DNA of 64,000 nt from Amoebidium appalachense (Eukaryota; Protista; Ichthyosporea): contig CAVNZM010000012.1 of NCBI GenBank assembly GCA_963693365.1, positions 3,547,617 to 3,611,616 on the forward strand, written 5' to 3'. Below the pieces are notes generated by a model. That model had not been told where the DNA came from, did not search any database, and saw only the letters and a list, made by a program, of their open reading frames with translations. Shown piece by piece: positions 20,016 to 29,720 of this stretch (its first letter is position 1; each line of letters opens with the position of its first letter). The translations under genes and the position numbers were made by a program.

Positions 20016-20131
20016 CTGTACGAGCTGACAGCAGACTGAGGGGCCTCGATGGCGCTTTTATACATTCGCGGCCCGAGTAATTGGCAGTAGTAGGCAAGGG
20101 ACCCAGGTGGACCAGGTACCATTACAACCAT

Positions 20132-20599
20132 ATGCCCACGACATTCCGACACCGAAGACACGCCGCCGACCAGATGCGGCGGCTGTTGTGGATGCTGCAA
20201 GGTTGGTTAGGCAAGCGTCCAAGAACCCACCACACCGAGCCCACGGCGACACCCCCGCGCGCGTGCAAGGCGTTGTCAGGGATACAGACCTGGAGTGACC
20301 GCGGAAATCTCGGTAGAAGGTCTATCGTGAAGGTTGTGAAGCACACACACGAGGACTTGCACGAACACGACTGCGGAGCGCGCTGCGTCGATGTGCACAT
20401 TCGACGAGGTATGAACACGGGAGAAGTCGTGTTTGTGCGCTGCTGTGGGGACATGTGGACCGCGGGCCTCAGACCCGGAGACTTTATTGACTCGTGTGAA
20501 ATCACGCCCGTGCCAGGCTCAAAGCGGTACATACTCGTGCACATGCAAGTGGTCGACGGCCCCTGGCGCACCGACCAGTGCGCGGCCGACTGCCACTAG
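20132..20599 (+). CDS. Hypothetical protein
   Basis: ORF followed by AATAAA; C-terminal beta-rich region. Confidence 0.4.
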   Translation: MPTTFRHRRHAADQMRRLLWMLQGWLGKRPRTHHTEPTATPPRACKALSGIQTWSDRGNLGRRSIVKVVKHTHEDLHEHDCGARCVDVHIRRGMNTGEVVFVRCCGDMWTAGLRPGDFIDSCEITPVPGSKRYILVHMQVVDGPWRTDQCAADCH

Positions 20600-20705
20600 T
20601 ACAAAGCCAGAATAAACAAGTACAACTACGACCAGACAACCCCCAACGCCAAGACATACAAACGACATACAGACTATACATACACACAGGACCCCCGGGG
20701 TAGGT

Positions 20706-21590
20706 CTACTTGCGTGAACGCGTGCGGGAGGACACGGGAAGGGACGCGCGGCGCGCGGCCCGGGTGCACCCCTGACCTATCGTCCACGCTGGCACGACCG
20801 GGCCATGTGGCGTGCGAGGGGTTGAGTGATGGGGCGGCGCCGACATTGTTGCGGGTGGTTGCGGGGGGGTGAGGGCTGTGGGCGTGGGCGCGGGCTCGCA
20901 GGTGGTCGGCTCGGCGGGGGCTGGGTGTGGCGTTGCAGGACTCGAGGTGTCCATGGGGACCGTTGTAGCATACACCGAACGGTACATGTCGTAGTTGGAG
21001 CGAGAAAGTGTGTAGGTGAAGGTGTCGATCTTCTCGGTCGATTGGCATTTCCAGTTGTTGGGTGTGAGTTTATTGAGCCACCGCTCGAACCATGAGTTGA
21101 AGTATTTCATGGACTCCTCTGGGCGGGCGAAGTCAACGGTGAGGTGGTCGAGGTGGGCCAGGAAAGCGGGCGACGGGTTTTCCATGGAGTGCTGGTTGGG
21201 TGTGGGTGCCGAAAGCACGCGTTGTCGAAGGAGTGATGGTTTGGGGTCCATGTTTTTGAATGCCTCGGGCACCCAACCGCTTTTGAGCTCAACCTCTGTA
21301 TCCTCGAGCCAGTGGAACCATCCCCCATACACACTCGACGCGGCCGCGGCATTTCTGCCCTGATCCTCGCCTCCATATGGCGTAGGGTAGTCAACGAGTA
21401 TTTCAAGACGGCGGAGAGCGCCTGTGACGAGCTTGTTTGCATTCCTCGAGAGGTCCACAAGGGCACAAGAAGCCGTCGTGTCCGAGGAAATTTTCCCTAT
21501 GCATGCATCGCTAATGACGAGGCGGATGTGGTTTGTTGTAGGAGGCAGGCCGAGCCAGTCCGTATAATACCTGACAATGTGTGGCGCCAT
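20706..21590 (-). CDS. Hypothetical protein
   Basis: 294-aa ORF downstream of a CCAAT cluster (21655-21815). Confidence 0.5.
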   Translation of the reverse strand: MAPHIVRYYTDWLGLPPTTNHIRLVISDACIGKISSDTTASCALVDLSRNANKLVTGALRRLEILVDYPTPYGGEDQGRNAAAASSVYGGWFHWLEDTEVELKSGWVPEAFKNMDPKPSLLRQRVLSAPTPNQHSMENPSPAFLAHLDHLTVDFARPEESMKYFNSWFERWLNKLTPNNWKCQSTEKIDTFTYTLSRSNYDMYRSVYATTVPMDTSSPATPHPAPAEPTTCEPAPTPTALTPPQPPATMSAPPHHSTPRTPHGPVVPAWTIGQGCTRAARRASLPVSSRTRSRK

Positions 21591-22103
21591 GTTGCAGCTG
21601 GCACGGCGAAACTAAAGTGGCGGGATGGTTGCAAGTGCGCTTCGCTTTTTAGCATTCTTGGATTGGATGGTTATCAAAAAGAAACTGATGTGATTGGCTT
21701 TGCACCGCGTGCAGTCTGGAACGTGTCCTCCTATTGGTTGGTAAGATATTCGATTGGTTAAAATGGCAATCGACGCAATTTGATTGGCTTATAGCTAATC
21801 TGGTGTTGCGATTGGTATGTCAGCGCGTAGAAAAATCAACGAAATGGGCCCTGGCAGCGAGCCGCACTCAGGATATCAATCGTTTGTGTTATGTGTATCC
21901 GCAAAAGACAGAAGACCCGCGCAGCCAGGGCACGAGCGCGGCGCCGGCGTCGCATGTTGGTGTACGCAGACCAATTCCTAGAACCGTATTCGCCGGTGAT
22001 GTGGAGACTTTCCGCTTTGGCGAAGAGATCTTAACCACAATCAAGTCTTAAAAAACCGCGCGCTGCGGAGACAACAACATAATCATCCCGCGTTCTTCCC
22101 GCC

Positions 22104-22330
22104 CAAGAGTCGCGTTGCCCGCGGTGCGGAGCCGAAAGACAAAAAAATGCAAGAGTCGCGTTGCCCGCGGTGCGGAGCCGAAAGACTGAAAAAAATGCAA
22201 GAGTCGCGTTGCCCGCGGTGCGGAGCCGAAAGACTGAAAAAAATGCAAGAGTCGCGTTGCCCGCGGTGCGGAGCCGAAAGACTGAAAAAAATGCAGGAGT
22301 CGCGTTGCCCGCGGTGCGGAGCCGAAAGAC
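22104..22330. repeat. 48-bp tandem repeat, about 5 copies
   Basis: Unit CAAGAGTCGCGTTGCCCGCGGTGCGGAGCCGAAAGACTGAAAAAAATG. Confidence 0.95.
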
Positions 22331-22530
22331 GAAACCGGAAAAATACGACCTGAAAACACTTTATTTTCATATACATGTGACAAACACAACACACAACGCA
22401 CAGCGCTGTGGTGGACATTCGTGATCTCGTATTCCATTTGATATTTTACAACAGATACAGCATGATGCTAGATCACCAATACCATGACCACACACACATC
22501 CACGCAACGCCAGCGTTATTGCCTATATTG

Positions 22531-24033
22531 CTACAAGGTCTTCCTGGCCTTCTTGGCTGGCTTGGTGGGGGGGGTGGCCTCCCGTTTGCGCGTTTTGCTC
22601 TGGCTGGCCTTCTTGGCTGGCTTGGGGGGGGCGGTGGCCTCCCGTTTGCGCTTTGAGGTCTTGCTGGCCTTCTTGGCTGGCTTGGTGGGGGGGTTGAAAT
22701 CCCGCATGTCCTCCGCGCTGGGAGCGGCCAGGCGCTTTGCCTTCGGACCGACATATCTTGCGAAATCTCGCAGTGTCATAGGGAGCTTCCCCTCCAGTTC
22801 CTCCCACTCGGGTGAAAGGGAGATATCGGCCCGGATAATGTAAATGATGTTGTTTTGGTTGCGCTCAATGCCGTACGTATTAAGCCAACGGTTGTGGCCC
22901 ATCGTAGTCTTGTCCTTGCTATTGTATACTAAGGGTTCGAGTTGATCGTAGTCTCTGAATGCGAAGTTGAGACTGATCTGCACGTGCGCAAAATGCGCAG
23001 GCGGGGGCCACACTTTCGGGGCTGTGCGACGCTTGTCGAGAAACCCTGCAAGGAAGCGTCCTAGAGCGGGAAGACGAGGGTCGGCAAGGTGGGGTGGCCA
23101 GGTAGCATACTTAGCACAGCGTTCCATGTCTGCAGCAAGGGTTGCCAGCACATAGGGATCACCCACTTTCCCGATTTTGGGAATGGGGTCGTTTTTTTCG
23201 CGAACAAACTCGCCGTTGTAGTGTGCACGTTGTCCCCAATCGTCTGCCTTGGGAAGCTCCCGATCGACCCCCCACACCAACACACCCGCGTGCTTCCGAG
23301 CCTCCTTGCCACCGAACTTCTTCTTGACTGCCTCCGTGACGGACAGGAGGTTGAATTGGTCGTCGTGTGTGATGGGTGGCTCTATGGCAAGAACGGTTTT
23401 GTTCGTGTCCGAGTAGTCCTGTATGCCCGTGTCCTCTGAGTCCGAGTCCGGTGTCTCCGTTCCCGTGTCTGCGTCCATGTCCGTGGCCGTGATGCGCTGT
23501 GCGTTCTGTGTCAAATCGTGGTTGTTAATCTTTCCGGCGCGTTGAAGACCCTCCACCCAATCTTTGAGGTATTGGCCACAACGCGTTTCTTTCTTGTCGT
23601 GCTCGCGGTTGGCGTGGCTGAATACGCAACCGTAGTTGAGGTAACTCTCGTGATTTTCCACCGAAGCGAGATAGGTCTCGGCATCCCCACACGACAAGCG
23701 ACCGAGGACGATGTAGGTGTCCGTCATCACCTTGCTTAGCTCCGCGGACAAGTTCGGTGGCTGCTTGTCCGGGTGAAAAATCTTTGCAACTCTCCTGATC
23801 CCTCCCATGTCTAAGGTCTGGACTTGTGCAAACTTGGTGGTGAATAGGAGTGTTGACTTGCCAGCTTCAGCGGCTATGTCTTCGATCCTGGCTGACGGCT
23901 TCACGCTTCTCAGGAACAGACGCACGTCATCTTCAAACTTTGGGGATCGGGAGGCAAGCAAACCGAACCCCCGATGGGCACACTCCGCGTCTAACTCGCT
24001 ATAGTCAGGAAGGAAGCTGTCGAGATGCGCCAT
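22531..24033 (-). CDS. Protein with J-domain-like HPD motif, uncharacterised conserved domain and histone-H1-like PPxKPAKKA tail repeats
   Basis: RRVAKIFHPDK; VWGVD..LP..D..G.RAHYNGE; three 60-bp coding repeats at 22545-22695. Confidence 0.7.
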   Translation of the reverse strand: MAHLDSFLPDYSELDAECAHRGFGLLASRSPKFEDDVRLFLRSVKPSARIEDIAAEAGKSTLLFTTKFAQVQTLDMGGIRRVAKIFHPDKQPPNLSAELSKVMTDTYIVLGRLSCGDAETYLASVENHESYLNYGCVFSHANREHDKKETRCGQYLKDWVEGLQRAGKINNHDLTQNAQRITATDMDADTGTETPDSDSEDTGIQDYSDTNKTVLAIEPPITHDDQFNLLSVTEAVKKKFGGKEARKHAGVLVWGVDRELPKADDWGQRAHYNGEFVREKNDPIPKIGKVGDPYVLATLAADMERCAKYATWPPHLADPRLPALGRFLAGFLDKRRTAPKVWPPPAHFAHVQISLNFAFRDYDQLEPLVYNSKDKTTMGHNRWLNTYGIERNQNNIIYIIRADISLSPEWEELEGKLPMTLRDFARYVGPKAKRLAAPSAEDMRDFNPPTKPAKKASKTSKRKREATAPPKPAKKASQSKTRKREATPPTKPAKKARKTL

Positions 24034-24574
24034 ACTGAATGGTGTGTCTTGTACATGTGTTTGTGTTGTGCCACTGTGGTGTTTCGGTCCGTGTGCCGCG
24101 TATGTATATCGATGTGCACCGCGTTAGGCGCTTCGGACATCCAATGAAATTTAAGCTATCAACAATAAGCCAATAGACGAGCAACACGGGCTTCACCGCG
24201 ACCAATCAGAGCTTCGTGTTTATCATAAACCGGGCGAACCATTCAAAAATCGTTCCACCGACGCCATCCAATCGCAGCCGCATTTGCGAACTTTTGATTG
24301 GCCCGCCCAGCCAAACCGGTTTTCAATTCAAGGCGGACCAATCGAATCAGCGTGGTGACACGTGAACTATCCGCGAACCAATCATTTGGCGCGCAAACCA
24401 GATCCGCCAATAGCAAAACTCTTAAAATCGGGGCGGACCAATCATATTACGAATCTGATTTTTTGTCCTTGTTATATTGATTGGATGCTGGTTGATGTAT
24501 ATAAACAACAGGCGCGGAATAAATGGATCACAACAACACAGACCATCAACCAGACGTGTAAAAAAATAGTTATC

Positions 24575-25768
24575 ATGGCGAACAAACTCGTTGTAGACTA
24601 CAGGAGGTTTGACCCAGATTGCATTCACCGCGGTCTGCGCTACCTCGCATCGGTGGAGGGCGACGCCGACAAGTCCGTGTCCGAGTTCATCGACAACACG
24701 GATTTTACCAATTTGTCCTGTGCGGCGGAGGCGGCTGGCTGCTCCCCGCACCTTCTGACCAAGTGGGTTGAGTGTCTCTAGCCCGCGTCGTTGAGCGGTA
24801 TCAGGAAGTTGATAGCCCGTTTCCACGCCGACAAAATCACCAATTGGGCGAGTGAGGAGGAAAAGCAGATATTCAAACATTCCACCATCATTCTGACGCG
24901 ACTGACCGGGGTCGGTTGGAGCGACAAGTACCGCGAAAACGTAACCAAAAGCACGAGTTTTGCGCGTTTCGGATGCGTCTGCACCCGCGAGAAGGTGGAA
25001 GAAGGATCGGAGACTTCGTGTGGTGCCTACTTGGATGAAATTGTCAAACAGGCAAGTCTTCTCATCGGGAACGACGACGAACAAGCAGCCTTGCCGTGCC
25101 AGCCCCGTGCCCCCCTGAAAGCCCTGCCCGCACCCGCACCCAAGCCCAAGAGTACACACGGCGAAGACGGCAAACTTCTTGCAATTGGGAACGTTCTGTG
25201 CGAGGATGAATTCATCGGATACGATGACTTGCAAGATTTAATGGTGTGGGGAATCGACCTACCGCTACCCCCGGCGGACGTGAACGGGGTACGTGCACAC
25301 TACAACGGTGAAATTGTCCGCGAGAAGGGGGGCCCGATTCCATACTTCGCGTCGTGTGCACCGTATGCCCTGGCTAGCCTCGCATCAGACATGCCCGAAC
25401 ACCGGAAGAATGCGGCGTGGCAATCCCACCAGGTTGATGACCGCATGCCTGCCAGGGGTCGTTTCCTCCTCGGGGTTTTTGAAAACGGTAAACATTGGGG
25501 AGCAGAGTTCGTTCATGCGTTGGGCACATTCGAGCCTCGGTTTCGATACTACGGGCACGTGCACTTTCGTTGTCAGATCAGCAGCACCGAGCAAATCGAT
25601 TACCTCAAATGGTTGTACCAAGCCACCGGCATCAAAACTAACCGCAATAACGTTATCTACGTGGTTCGTGCCGATGGTCCCTTGTCCCCCGAATGGGAGG
25701 AGCTCGAGTACATGATGCCGATGACCCTCCGCGCCTTTGGCGATTATGTCGGACCCAAGTTGTTGTAA
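24575..25768 (+). pseudogene. Divergently transcribed paralog of 22531-24033, with an in-frame TAG at 24779-24781
   Basis: RKLIARFHADK, GCV...ETSCGAYL, VWGIDLPLP..RAHYNGEIVREK, LSPEWEELE..PMTLR. Confidence 0.7.
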
Positions 25769-25884
25769 GCAAAGTGGTAGTGGAGTGTAGTGAGCTCGGG
25801 AGTTTTGTTTTGTGTGATTTTGTCTTTAGGGTTTGTATGGTTGGGGTTGGGGGGTCGATGTGGTGTGAAGTCTCACCGCAACGG

Positions 25885-26085
25885 TTTTTTCTAAGTCTGT
25901 TTCTCGAATCACACTGTTTCTTCTGAGTCTGTTTCTCGTATCACCGCGGCCGGCCGCGTAAATAAAATTCGTTGTTTTTTCTGAGTCTCTCTCGTATCAC
26001 GCTGTTTCTCGTATCACCGCGGTCGGCCGCGTAAACAAAACTCGTCGTTTTTTCTAAGTCTGTTTCTCGAATCACGCTGTTTTTT
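25885..26085. repeat. Complex tandem repeat (CTGTTTCTCGWATCAC core with CGCGGYCGGCCGCG palindromes)
   Basis: Core repeated about 5 times; larger unit of about 90 bp present twice. Confidence 0.85.
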
Positions 26086-26119
26086 CTACGTGCAAAGACG
26101 CGTGCACCCGCCAAACAAA

Positions 26120-26500
26120 ATGTCGCTTACCGTCATGCGGCCACTCACGGCCCTTTCGGACGCGGTGCTGCTAGGGCGCGCCATGCGCAACGATGAGTAC
26201 TCAACGGTGCGGCGCCTTCGAAACAATGTCGAGCGCCTGGAGCACGAGGTGGGCCGCAGGGCGGAGCTCGTGGAGAGGTACTCGCGGCAGATGGACGAAT
26301 TTCGCCGCGACCTGCACGCCGTCTACGACAAAGTGGGCGAGCTTATAGACAGACTGGCTGACCTGCAACACGACCAGGATGGGTTCGTGCGCGAGATCGT
26401 GCGCCTGCGGTGGGTCGTCATGCAGATGGGCGACGACCTCACCCAGCTGCACCGCGAGCCCGCGCGCGCCCCCCTGCACCGGTGGGGCGCGCCGAAATAA
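26120..26500 (+). CDS. Coiled-coil protein
   Basis: Heptad pattern; high GC3. Confidence 0.55.
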   Translation: MSLTVMRPLTALSDAVLLGRAMRNDEYSTVRRLRNNVERLEHEVGRRAELVERYSRQMDEFRRDLHAVYDKVGELIDRLADLQHDQDGFVREIVRLRWVVMQMGDDLTQLHREPARAPLHRWGAPK

Positions 26501-26516
26501 ATGTACGGGGTAGGAT

Positions 26517-27524
26517 ATGAGTTATTGGGGTATTGGAAAAAAGATCCGAAAGGACATGGAGACACTGAAGGGATATCTGACGGTACAGACCGAGATCCGA
26601 CGAGCCGTGACCGCGACTTCGAAACCAGACAAAAGGCTGGTGGAGTACCTGGGCGCCCCAGATTTACCTGCGCCGGCACCCAACTTTCTTAACCAAATCC
26701 TTAAACGCGCCATTCCAAACGAAGACGCACTCGACGATGTTTTCGTGAAACGCCCTGAAGTTTCGCGCGTCCACGCCGAGTTGGTGAGCGGTCAGCGGCT
26801 TCTCCTGTACGGCCCGAGCGGTGCGGGGAAGCTGACGTGTGTCTTCGCGGTGTGCAAGACCCTCAATCTTTTCCCCTGGATTCTGATTGTCAGCGACCTC
26901 CTGCGTGCGGAAACGCGCGATGTCCTGCAGTGGATCGTAGCACACGACAAACGCGCTGTGTTTGTTGTCCGCGATGCCCACAATCTCACAGACGAGTCTA
27001 TTATGGTGCTCACGTTGGAGTTGGTGGATAAACGCCCTATCGTGGGCATTGCGAGTACGGCCTCCGAGAAGGGATGTGCGGTGCGTTCCTATTTCAGCAG
27101 CACGGTGGCTTGGCCCGCGTTGAGTGACGGCGAAGCGCAGCCTGTGGTATTTTCACTCGCGAAGTCCTTTTTCGGCGATGTACAACCACTTCACGCGAAA
27201 GCGCTCCTTGATCAGCTGGCCATCGCCGCGACCGATCTCACTATAGCCGACGTTGTGAACGCGGGCAGGATTGCCATCACTACCGTGGCGTCGCAGATCA
27301 CCCACACCCAACCTCCCATCAAACACAATGCCGAGGTCGCTTGGAGCCTGATCAAGAAAACCGCAACAACCACGGACATAAACCATGCCTCCCTGACGGC
27401 TTTTATAAAAACGAACGAAACAACAGCAGCCGCCTCGTACCTGGCATATACCATCACCCTGGCATGGTTAACCGCGATGCTGCACTGCACTATCGACGCA
27501 ACGGATTATGGCTGCTACAGGTAG
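26517..27524 (+). CDS. AAA+ clamp-loader (RFC)-like ATPase, degenerate
   Basis: LLLYGPSGAGKLT; Walker B-like FVVRDAHNLT. Confidence 0.6.
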   Translation: MSYWGIGKKIRKDMETLKGYLTVQTEIRRAVTATSKPDKRLVEYLGAPDLPAPAPNFLNQILKRAIPNEDALDDVFVKRPEVSRVHAELVSGQRLLLYGPSGAGKLTCVFAVCKTLNLFPWILIVSDLLRAETRDVLQWIVAHDKRAVFVVRDAHNLTDESIMVLTLELVDKRPIVGIASTASEKGCAVRSYFSSTVAWPALSDGEAQPVVFSLAKSFFGDVQPLHAKALLDQLAIAATDLTIADVVNAGRIAITTVASQITHTQPPIKHNAEVAWSLIKKTATTTDINHASLTAFIKTNETTAAASYLAYTITLAWLTAMLHCTIDATDYGCYR

Positions 27525-27526
27525 TT

Positions 27527-28648
27527 ATGTCCTACACGGCATCCATCCTTGCGGACCTAGTGAGCGACCACATGCCTGCGAACCTTGACCCCGGATATGC
27601 CCCCCCCGAAGACCTGCAAAACGCGCTTCACAGCATGCACAAGGCCCTCGAGGTGCTGCTCGCGGTCCTGTACGCGTGGCTGACACTGCCAAACGGGGCG
27701 CCTCTGGTCAGTGTCCACCCGTCGCAGCCTGGCACGCTCGTTGTCCCGGGCATCGACTGGCGCGTTCTCGCGCTGCCGATGTTTGCCAACGCATTCCAGC
27801 CCAGAAACCTGCCCCACCCTACCGCAAGCATGGAGGAGTACGCAGAGAACTGGCTCAGGCTGGGACCCGACATGACCCCCGAGGATTTCGATGCCGAGCT
27901 CGCGGCAGCCATCGAGCGTCTGGCGGCTCCCGTGCACACAAAGGCCATGCAGCGCCGCCGCGTCAAGGCTGAGCACCCCGTTCCGCCGACGACGATGGCC
28001 GCGCTGAGCGTACGCGCGGACCCGGGGTTCGACAAGGTGGCCGCGCAGTTCTCCGACCTCGTGCGCCAGAGCAAGCCGGCCGACTCGATCGAAATCACCA
28101 AGCGCGACCGCGAGATCAAGCTGCTGCAGCAGTGCCTGATGGAGCTGGAGCTCGAGTACTTCCGCCTGCAGGCCGAGAACGAGCAGCTCAAGGCACAGGA
28201 GGCCGCGCTCGAGAAGAACTTCCTGCTTCCGTGGTTCAAGGCCCAGGAGGACGTCTCGCAGCGCATGGCCATGTTCGAGGCCGCCGAGCGCGACGAGTAC
28301 ACGCGCATGCGCAACTTCCAGCAGCAGGTGTCCGTACAGGCGTTCAACAGCAGCCTGCAGGCGCAGAACAACGCGCTGCTGGCGGCGTCCGGCGCGGCCA
28401 TCAACGCGCGGCCCACGGCGGACTTCGCGGCCATGCTGGCGCGCAAGCGGGAGAGCGAGCTGGACGACTTTGGCGACAGCCTCAAGCGCATGCGGGGCGA
28501 CGACATGGGCATGGGCATGGCCCAGCCGCAGGCGCCCGGGATGCCTGGGCCGATGCAGATGCCTGGGATCAACCCCGACACATACCGCGACAACATGACC
28601 ATGCGCGAGGGCGTGGCGTTCCCGTTTCCGCGCACGGACGCGGTGTGA
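27527..28648 (+). CDS. Hypothetical coiled-coil protein
   Basis: ATG at 27527; strong GC3 bias; followed by AATAAA. Confidence 0.65.
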   Translation: MSYTASILADLVSDHMPANLDPGYAPPEDLQNALHSMHKALEVLLAVLYAWLTLPNGAPLVSVHPSQPGTLVVPGIDWRVLALPMFANAFQPRNLPHPTASMEEYAENWLRLGPDMTPEDFDAELAAAIERLAAPVHTKAMQRRRVKAEHPVPPTTMAALSVRADPGFDKVAAQFSDLVRQSKPADSIEITKRDREIKLLQQCLMELELEYFRLQAENEQLKAQEAALEKNFLLPWFKAQEDVSQRMAMFEAAERDEYTRMRNFQQQVSVQAFNSSLQAQNNALLAASGAAINARPTADFAAMLARKRESELDDFGDSLKRMRGDDMGMGMAQPQAPGMPGPMQMPGINPDTYRDNMTMREGVAFPFPRTDAV

Positions 28649-28744
28649 GCAGGCGTGGGTGTACAATAAAGTTAACGTTGGAAAGCTAACGTTGTTTTGA
28701 GAGGCCCATTCAATTCACAAAAAAAAATAGAGGCATACACAAGC

Positions 28745-29645
28745 ATGGTGGTGTACGTGATCGACCTGTTCTGTGGCGCGGGAGGGTTCAGTGAGGGCGC
28801 GCGACAGGCCGGCGCGGTGGTGGCAGTGGCGGTCGACAGCTGGGACGTGGCGCTGGAGGTGCACCGCACCCGCCACCCCGGAGCCGTGCACATGCTGCGC
28901 ACCATAGGCGACGTGCCCGCAGAGGACTTTGCGCGCGAGCTGATGGAGGTCGTACCGGCCATGGAGGCAGGCGACCACCTGCACGTGCACGCGAGCCCCC
29001 CGTGCCAGGAGCTCTCGGGGGTTGCGCTCGGGGGTGGGGCGTGTAGGTGACACGTTGCAGTTAGTGCGCTACACACTAGATCTGCTTGACTGCCTACCGT
29101 ATAACAGCTTTTCAATTGAAGAGGTCAACCATCCAAGACTCAGAGAACTTTTCGATGAGGAAGGGGTTCCGTTTACAGTGCTGAATATGTGGGAGTATGG
29201 GGTGTGCCAAACACGTAGGCGTTTATTTGCATACGACGGGTGGGAGCCCAATGCTATGACAACAGCTCACGCTCCTAACCTGCAAGGAATACTGGACCTG
29301 GCGGCTAGTAAATGGCTAACACCGTCAAGTATCTCGTTAAAAAGAATGTGTTTATGGAAAAAAACAGGCGAATGGATCAAACAAAAAACACCGGCACCAT
29401 TTAGAAGCAGGCTGGTATCAAACTCCCGCTATTTTTATACGGTTACAAGTGGTCCATTCTATCTTTGGGATGAAAGCTATGGGATGGTGCGCGGGATCAC
29501 CCGCACCGAGAAGGAATTACTCCAAACATTTCCGGGTGGCTATGTAACAGCACAAAACGTGACCAAGTGCAATATAGACCAACTCATCGCCAATGCCGTC
29601 CCACCGGCGATGGCTAGGGCAATCATGAACACACTCAAGCTGTAA
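28745..29645 (+). pseudogene. DNA cytosine-C5 methyltransferase (Dcm-like), frameshifted at the G-run near 29035
   Basis: Motif I DLFCGAGG, IV SPPCQ, VI EEV (ENV variant), VIII QTRRR, IX R..T..E...LQTFP, X IANAVPP. Confidence 0.88.
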
Positions 29646-29720
29646 GCACAACAAGCTAACAAAGCACGACCACGAATGCGCTCGACGGCCAACTTATTGA
29701 TGCTGATGTTCGCGGCCAAC

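Noticed and set aside
22104-22330. CRISPR-like array
   Set aside because: The units are contiguous and identical with no unique spacers, and no cas genes are present.
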